A stretch of DNA of 64,000 bases. Origin: Clostridiaceae bacterium (lineage in GTDB: Bacteria > Bacillota > Clostridia > Saccharofermentanales > DTU023). How positions within the stretch are numbered: the first letter of the stretch is position 1; each line of letters starts with the position of its first letter. This document shows positions 58,328 to 64,000 of this stretch, piece after piece. The notes below the pieces were generated by a model. It saw nothing but the letters and a program-made list of their open reading frames with translations, was not told where the DNA came from and searched no databases. Location of the stretch: positions 60,436 through 124,435 of the forward strand of contig DUVN01000023.1 of the NCBI GenBank assembly GCA_012841015.1, given 5' to 3'. The translations under genes and the position numbers were made by a program.

Positions 58328-59029
58328 ATGAAAAGAAAAATTGCACGGTACGCCTGTATCGGGCTGACCGTTATGATTGTTTTTAGCTTGTTTGCCCTTA
58401 CTGCCTGTGGTGAAAAACAGGAGAGTGAACCATCGGAGAGCCCCCAGGGGACGGTCGACAGCAAACAGACAACAGAAGGGAGTACGACACAGATGTCATC
58501 TTTACCTGTGAGTGGCTTTGTAAAAACAGAAGAAAAGACAAATTTTGTGGAAATCGTGATGGATAGTAGGAACTCAATCGTGATCGAGCTACGACCTGAT
58601 CAGGCGCCTTTGACGGTCGCGAATTTTCAAAAGCTCGTGAACGCGAAATTTTATGACGGATTGATTTTTCATCGTATCATCCAAGGATTCATGATCCAAG
58701 GAGGAGATCCGGCTGGAACGGGGATGGGCGGCTCAAACGAGACGGTCAAAGGGGAGTTCAGCAGGAACGGTATTGATAATCAACTGCTGCACAAAAGGGG
58801 TGTCGTCTCAATGGCGCGAACAAATGATCCAGACTCAGCAAGCTCACAGTTTTTTATCTGTGACGCCACGAGCCCACACCTTGACGGCTCTTACGCCGCT
58901 TTCGGCTCGGTCGTGTTCGGGATGGAAGAAGTCGATCGCATCGCTGCCTTGAAAGTTGATGCACACGATCGCCCACTCAATCCGCCGGTGATGGTGAGCG
59001 TCCATTTTGTGACACCAGTTGAAGAGTGA
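58328..59029 (+). CDS. Cyclophilin-type peptidyl-prolyl isomerase lipoprotein
   Basis: Lipobox LTAC, FHRIIQGFMIQGGDP, and SQFFI. Confidence 0.9.
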   Translation: MKRKIARYACIGLTVMIVFSLFALTACGEKQESEPSESPQGTVDSKQTTEGSTTQMSSLPVSGFVKTEEKTNFVEIVMDSRNSIVIELRPDQAPLTVANFQKLVNAKFYDGLIFHRIIQGFMIQGGDPAGTGMGGSNETVKGEFSRNGIDNQLLHKRGVVSMARTNDPDSASSQFFICDATSPHLDGSYAAFGSVVFGMEEVDRIAALKVDAHDRPLNPPVMVSVHFVTPVEE

Positions 59030-59041
59030 GGGGGACAGATT

Positions 59042-60097
59042 ATGAAGTTACGAAACGCGTGGCCCTATATCCGAGGTGCATGGCGTGCGGCGAGGAAGCA
59101 GGCTACCCGTTCCGATCGGTCACATCTTGATCTTTTCATCGATATGATGCGGTGTAAGTTCAAGTACGGGAGCACAGTCAGCAATTACTTGATGTTTAAC
59201 TTTACGAAGTATACTGACCCTGCTTTTCGCGATCAATACATTTACATTAAAGATTGGATCAGGCTCGTCAATGCGCTGAACCCGCCGCGATCGACGCTGG
59301 ATTACGTCCAAGACAAGGTCGTCGCCTACAAACGATACAGAAAGTATTTTTTCAGAGACATGCTGATTGTGGCGGAATCAAGCGATGAAGAAATACGCTC
59401 TTTCTTGGAAGATAAGGGGACCGTCTTTGCGAAAGATGCGATGGGCTACGCAGGTGTTGGCATTGAGAAGATTGCATACGATGCGCGTACCATCAATGAG
59501 ACGGTTGCGCGCATTCGAGAACAATATGATCTGCTCGAAGAGTTGATCGTGCAACACCCCCTGCTCGACACTGTTTCGCCAAGCGCCGTCGCCAGCTTCC
59601 GTTTTACTTTTTTGAAAGATAAAGGGAGAATCATGATGCTCCCCCTTTCTGTTCGCATCGCACTTTTTGATGACGTCGACATCATCAAAGTGGGGCAAAG
59701 TTCATCGTGCGTTGCCGTCGATGAGGAGGGGCGCTTCATCTCCCAAGCTGTTATCAACGATTCAGTCTTCGATCTCGATTTTGAGACTCGATACGACGTT
59801 CATCCAATGACGGGTGTCGCGATTTCTGACGGGAGTTTCCAAGTTCCGTACTTCAAAGAAATGGTCAACATGATGATGGAGATTATGGAAGGCGAAGATG
59901 AGTACGGTCATATGGGATGGGATGTGGCCGTCTCGGAGACAGGACCTTGTGTTATTGAAGCCAATCCGTGGGGAAGCTACGACTTCTATCAGTACTATGA
60001 CCATGTCAAGCGCGTCAACCAAGGTATCAGGCCGACAATTGAAGCGTTTCTGGGCTGTAAAATCGATGATTTGCCAAAGAAGGCAGACCGACAATAA
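59042..60097 (+). CDS. Sugar-transfer-associated ATP-grasp (ATPgrasp_ST) family protein, paralog 1
   Basis: N-terminal helical module (DLFIDMMRCKFKYGSTVSNYLMFNF), FAKDAMGYAGVGIEK, and GWDVAVSETGPCVIEAN. It starts 12 nt after the PPIase stop with a GAGGGGG SD. Confidence 0.7.
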   Translation: MKLRNAWPYIRGAWRAARKQATRSDRSHLDLFIDMMRCKFKYGSTVSNYLMFNFTKYTDPAFRDQYIYIKDWIRLVNALNPPRSTLDYVQDKVVAYKRYRKYFFRDMLIVAESSDEEIRSFLEDKGTVFAKDAMGYAGVGIEKIAYDARTINETVARIREQYDLLEELIVQHPLLDTVSPSAVASFRFTFLKDKGRIMMLPLSVRIALFDDVDIIKVGQSSSCVAVDEEGRFISQAVINDSVFDLDFETRYDVHPMTGVAISDGSFQVPYFKEMVNMMMEIMEGEDEYGHMGWDVAVSETGPCVIEANPWGSYDFYQYYDHVKRVNQGIRPTIEAFLGCKIDDLPKKADRQ

Positions 60098-60269
60098 GGG
60101 AAACGAAAAGACGCCTAGCTCTAATCGTTGATCTGTCATTTATGTGCGACCAATTAGATTAAAACAAATAGCAAAAAAGGCTATAATGCCCGTAATGCCT
60201 TAAGAAGGACACGATAGAGCGAAAGCTCCCGCGTGTCATTGTAATGGACGTGATTGATACGCTTAAAGC

Positions 60270-61433
60270 TTAAGGCTTGATGAAAATCATCACCCAGCAC
60301 CAGTACGGCCATTTATTCAAACTATAGCAGCCGACACCAACCTCCGTATACTCCTGATGCAACAAGTTGCGCTTATGTACGGGAGAGTTGTACCAGCCGG
60401 TGACGGCCGCTTCCGGCGATGGGCGATTCCCTCCCCACGCGATAATTTCCACAGACCGTGTGTAAGGTATGGTGATGGTTGTTCTGAACGATGTTCCGTT
60501 AGGTCGCGTGTGAGATTGCTTGATGGCGACCTCAGTGGCGCGAAGCTCTGCTGAACTCGTCAACGACGCATTCAGAGTCAGCGCGTGGAGACCTCTTTCT
60601 GCCCGTTTCTCATTCGCAAGCGTGAGAAGTTGGATCGCCAGATCGGGACGATTCGTTCCATTGACCGTCTTTGTTGTTGTCGGTTTGGGTGTCGTCGTTT
60701 CTGTCGAATGAGGCGTTGTTGTCGGTGTAGTCGTCGTCTTTGTGGTTGTTGTCACCTTTTTAGTGGTTGTTGGTTTAGGTGTCATCTTCTTGGTGGTTGT
60801 TGTTCTTTTAGTTGTCGTTTTTTTCGTTGTTGTTACTTTTTTGGTGGTTGTCGGTTTAGTTGTCGTTTTTTTCGTTGTTGTCACCTTTTTAGTGGTTGTT
60901 GTTTTTTTAGTTGTCGTCTTCTTGGTGGATGTCGTCGTTTTTCTCGTTGTTGTCTTTTTTTGTGCTGTCGTCGATTTTCTTGTCATCGTCTTTTTTTGTG
61001 CCGTTGTCTTTGTGGTCGTTGTTGTTTTGTTCGTCGATGATCTTTGTTTTGTCGTTTTCGGTTTCGTCGATGTCGCTTTTGTTGTCGAGGTCGACTTCTT
61101 AGTTGAAGTCGTTGTACTCGCCTCTGTTGTCGCCTCAGTTGTCGTTGCGGATGAGGTATCACTCGTCCTCTCTGTTGTGTATGGCGTTGTCATGACCGAC
61201 GACGGGGAGGAAGGAGTTGTCTGGTTGAGATGGGGCAAATCGCGATCAATCATCGGCAGGTCGTCATGATTGAGCTCAGAGAAATTTTCCTCAAGGTGCG
61301 GAATCGTGAGGGGATCAAAGGTTACTTGGAGTGGTTTTTGGCAACTCGAAATAACGGCGACCGACATGACGGCGGCGAGACACGCATATACAATTATGTT
61401 TTTCCGTTTTATCATGTCATTCCTATCGATCAA
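60270..61433 (-). CDS. Secreted/lipid-anchored CAP (SCP/YkwD-like) domain protein with an approximately 170-aa Thr/Lys-rich linker
   Basis: Signal/lipobox VISSC, (K/R)KTTTT repeats, and a C-terminal CAP motif (NEKRAERGLHAL...GWYNSPVHKRNLL...VGVG). Alternative start at 61415. Confidence 0.8.
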   Translation of the reverse strand: MIDRNDMIKRKNIIVYACLAAVMSVAVISSCQKPLQVTFDPLTIPHLEENFSELNHDDLPMIDRDLPHLNQTTPSSPSSVMTTPYTTERTSDTSSATTTEATTEASTTTSTKKSTSTTKATSTKPKTTKQRSSTNKTTTTTKTTAQKKTMTRKSTTAQKKTTTRKTTTSTKKTTTKKTTTTKKVTTTKKTTTKPTTTKKVTTTKKTTTKRTTTTKKMTPKPTTTKKVTTTTKTTTTPTTTPHSTETTTPKPTTTKTVNGTNRPDLAIQLLTLANEKRAERGLHALTLNASLTSSAELRATEVAIKQSHTRPNGTSFRTTITIPYTRSVEIIAWGGNRPSPEAAVTGWYNSPVHKRNLLHQEYTEVGVGCYSLNKWPYWCWVMIFIKP

Positions 61434-61628
61434 TTCATTTGATTCAGCATCGCGACCCTGAAATCATCGAGATGCAAATATCGCCGGAATCTTCAGACCG
61501 GACGTTGTGTATCATGTGCACTAATAATACTACGTGTGAAGGCGTGTCCGTTCAAGTAGGTGATACGTGACGGTTTTGTGACACTTTTGTCATTAAGACG
61601 TATTCTCTACCTTCAAATTACATCCTGT

Positions 61629-61657
61629 TTGACGCTCTTTCGCCTCGGACTTATAAT
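61629..61657 (+). promoter_or_regulatory. Near-consensus sigma-A promoter for ATP-grasp paralog 2
   Basis: TTGACG-17 nt-TATAAT, followed by a CTCTAG-ttttcggag-CTAGAG hairpin in the 5' UTR. Confidence 0.6.
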
Positions 61658-61720
61658 GTCTCTAGTTTTCGGAGCTAGAGGTCATCGTGACTTCGAATTC
61701 CGGGTGAGCAGGAGGTTCCA

Positions 61721-62719
61721 ATGAGTCTGCGTCGACTTTTTAAGATTGATTGGAAAAAGGTTTTCGGTTCTGCGAGAGCGATGGCGAAGCGAAGCGGTCG
61801 CACCACTCTTGGCATTTTTTTTGATCTGATCGATTGTTACTATAAGCGAGGGGCGACATGGCTTAATTACCTATGTTTCGGGTTTGATTTTCAGCGAGAC
61901 CCAGCTATTCGCGATACGTTTATAGCGGAATATAAAGACAATGCTATTCTGTTTCGTTGTAACGCACCCGAGATCTCACGTATCATCAAAGATAAAGGTC
62001 TTTTTAATGAAGAATACCGCGAGTTTCTCGGTCGAGATTTTATTGACTTGAGGAAAACAGATCGCGAGGACTATGAGGCGTTTGTCTCTAGATTTGATCA
62101 TGTATTTGCTAAGCCAGCACGTGGATTGGGCGGTGTCGGTATTGAGAAGTTGACGCGGGAACAGGCCTCGGGGCAATACGACCGACTCGTCCGTGAGGGA
62201 AAGGTCGTGATTGAGGAGGAGGCGCAACAACATAGCGAACTGAGTGCAATTAACGCCAATTCTGTCAATACGTTGCGCGTTTGCACCTGCATCAACGAGC
62301 GTGGCGAAGTTACTGTGATCTACATGGTTCTTCGTGTTGGCCGACAGGGTTCCTTTATCGACAACTTGAGCGCTGGGGGGTTGTACACGAGGTTATCGGA
62401 CGATGGACGCATTACTCATCCTTGCTACAGTGCGAAGGAGAGGTATGGGGCAGTTTATACGCATCACCCCGATACGAACCTTCCTTTCGTAGGTATTCAG
62501 ATTCCCATGATCGATGAAGTTAAAGAACTCGTCACGCGGGCAGCGTTGAAAAATCCCGGGGCGCGCTATGTCGGATGGGATGTTGCAATAACTCCTGATG
62601 GCCCCATTATCATCGAGGGGAATGACCGTCCCGGCTGCGATCTCGCGCAGACTTATGTGCATACAAAAATCGGTATTGTCGACGCTTGTGAAAAAGGGCT
62701 TTCAGTTAAATTGAGGTAG
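61721..62719 (+). CDS. Sugar-transfer-associated ATP-grasp (ATPgrasp_ST) family protein, paralog 2
   Basis: IFFDLIDCYYKRGATWLNYLCFGF, FAKPARGLGGVGIEK, SVNTLRV, and GWDVAITPDGPIIIEGNDRPGCDLAQ. AGGAGG SD. Confidence 0.75.
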   Translation: MSLRRLFKIDWKKVFGSARAMAKRSGRTTLGIFFDLIDCYYKRGATWLNYLCFGFDFQRDPAIRDTFIAEYKDNAILFRCNAPEISRIIKDKGLFNEEYREFLGRDFIDLRKTDREDYEAFVSRFDHVFAKPARGLGGVGIEKLTREQASGQYDRLVREGKVVIEEEAQQHSELSAINANSVNTLRVCTCINERGEVTVIYMVLRVGRQGSFIDNLSAGGLYTRLSDDGRITHPCYSAKERYGAVYTHHPDTNLPFVGIQIPMIDEVKELVTRAALKNPGARYVGWDVAITPDGPIIIEGNDRPGCDLAQTYVHTKIGIVDACEKGLSVKLR

Positions 62720-62797
62720 CGAAGAAACGCTACTTAATTTCATTCGGAGAACGGTTGAAGACCACATCGTGTCGAAAGGTGTCTATTGTTATCGACG

Positions 62798-63868
62798 CTA
62801 TTTTCTCCAATACGACGGGTGCACGTCGCCCGGCTTCAAGTTGACGAGCTGGCTGACGGTGACGAGTTTGATGCCGCGCTCCGCTAGCACAGGAAGCGCG
62901 CGGATGACACCGTCTACCGTCGTCTTATGTATGTCATGGAGCAATATCGTTCTGCCAGGTTTTGCGTTGTCGAGAATACCCCTGCAGACGTAGTCAGCAT
63001 TTCTGTACTTCCAGTCTACGGGGCCATTCGACCAGAGCACAAGAGCGAGGCCCTCTTGTTTTGCCAGTCCGGTGATGCGTCGGTTGAATGCGCCGTACGG
63101 AGGGCGCATAAGCTTTGGATTCTTCCCTGTGATTGCGGCGATGGCACTGTTTGTCTTTCTGATCTGGCTTTTCACATTTGCATCTGATAGTTTGCGCAAG
63201 TCGGGATGACTGAAAGAATGGTTCGCAACTTCGTGCCCTTCATTAACCATGCGCTTGATGAGAGCGCCATTACTGGCCACTCTGTTGCCAACTACGAAAA
63301 ATGTCGCTTTTGCATTGTATTTTTTGAGTGCATTGAGAAGGCGCGCCGTATGTGCTCCAGGGCCATCATCAAAGGTGATCGCAACGGCGCCTTTAACCTT
63401 AGGTTGCGCCGCGGAAGGCTTTGTCGTTTTAGACGCCTTCGTCTTTTTTGCTGTCGTCCGAGTTTTGGTGACGGAAGGTTTTGTTGCGGTTGGCTTAGTT
63501 GTTTTAGACACCTTAGTGGTTTTAGACACCTTCGTTGTCTTTTTTGCCGTTGTCTTAGATTTAGAGGCTGACGACCGCGTTGTCGTGGGAGCCGACGAGG
63601 TACTGCTCTCCTGCTGGTCTTCCGTTGTCGTTTCAGGGGTCGTCATGGACGCTTCGGTGGTGGGCGTCACGGAAGTATGGCTCGTAGACAAACTTGCCGT
63701 CTCCTGGGAACCTTCTGTTGTCGTGTGGCTTGCTTCACTGGAGCCACCACTAACTGTTTCATGTGGATGTTGATCCGATGACGACATATAGATGCCTGCA
63801 ATGACGAGAGCGATGCAGGCTACCGCTACCATAACAGTCGCAAGGCGTTTCATTTGAGGTGTTTTCAT
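62798..63868 (-). CDS. Membrane-anchored polysaccharide (peptidoglycan) deacetylase, NodB family, with Thr/Lys/Ser-rich linker
   Basis: ITFDDGPG, ANHSFSHPD and RPPYG NodB motifs. N-terminal TM helix. Linker KTTKVSKTTKVSKTTKPTATKPS. GGGAG SD before ATG 63868. Confidence 0.9.
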   Translation of the reverse strand: MKTPQMKRLATVMVAVACIALVIAGIYMSSSDQHPHETVSGGSSEASHTTTEGSQETASLSTSHTSVTPTTEASMTTPETTTEDQQESSTSSAPTTTRSSASKSKTTAKKTTKVSKTTKVSKTTKPTATKPSVTKTRTTAKKTKASKTTKPSAAQPKVKGAVAITFDDGPGAHTARLLNALKKYNAKATFFVVGNRVASNGALIKRMVNEGHEVANHSFSHPDLRKLSDANVKSQIRKTNSAIAAITGKNPKLMRPPYGAFNRRITGLAKQEGLALVLWSNGPVDWKYRNADYVCRGILDNAKPGRTILLHDIHKTTVDGVIRALPVLAERGIKLVTVSQLVNLKPGDVHPSYWRK

Positions 63869-64000
63869 GGCAACTCCCAATCGTAATGGTGGTTATGAGG
63901 TTGGCAATGTCCTTAATATGATTCTGCGCATTGAAGGAATCATTGCTGGCAATTCGATTGTTGCACAGACAATAAAATAAGTCAAAGCACATTTGACATT

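Overview
This is a 64-kb chromosomal window, about 50% GC. I infer an anaerobic Firmicute (Clostridia-like) from gene content: a SCIFF ranthipeptide cassette, a selenocysteine formate dehydrogenase, ptb-buk plus a 2-oxoacid:ferredoxin oxidoreductase, and an LPXTG protein. No rRNA, tRNA, CRISPR array or intact prophage is visible.

Gene order:
- a 5'-partial ABC exporter
- an acyltransferase remnant
- mgtC
- a MobA-FdhD fusion, followed by a formate dehydrogenase whose two ORF-track pieces are joined by an in-frame UGA with a SECIS hairpin
- a decayed patch: a frameshifted S51 peptidase, an Rpn/PD-(D/E)XK nuclease and an IS remnant
- a lipoprotein
- trpS with a duplicated leader module
- a glycerophosphodiesterase plus an MFS transporter
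- DUF503
- an acyl-ACP thioesterase divergent from a 1133-aa adenylase-carrier-oxoamine synthase fusion
- tldD, pmbA, hdeD, the SCIFF precursor and its radical-SAM maturase
- ilvE and a vor(delta-alpha-beta-gamma)/P-loop/buk/ptb operon for branched-chain acid fermentation
- an LRR-LPXTG surface protein
- DUF364
- a divergent pair of zinc-ribbon membrane proteins, one with a vWA domain
- GTP-PEPCK, an aspartate aminotransferase and a GH3 beta-glucosidase
- a glycerol module (glpA-like, a second flavoprotein, DUF1667, glpK)
- adenine deaminase
- a cell-envelope cluster: a cyclophilin lipoprotein and two ATP-grasp_ST paralogs, each convergent with a Thr/Lys-rich secreted enzyme

Best candidates for undescribed biology:
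1. The thioesterase / FAAL-ACP-AOS lipid locus.
2. TldD/TldE physically linked to the SCIFF cassette.
3. Two unrelated families of structured tandem repeats (52-73 bp and about 82 bp). Each occurs as two arrays whose orientation follows the gene immediately upstream.
4. The zinc-ribbon/vWA pair.
5. The repeated ATP-grasp / Thr-Lys-linker exoenzyme pairing.

All family assignments come from motif reading of the translations. No database search was run.
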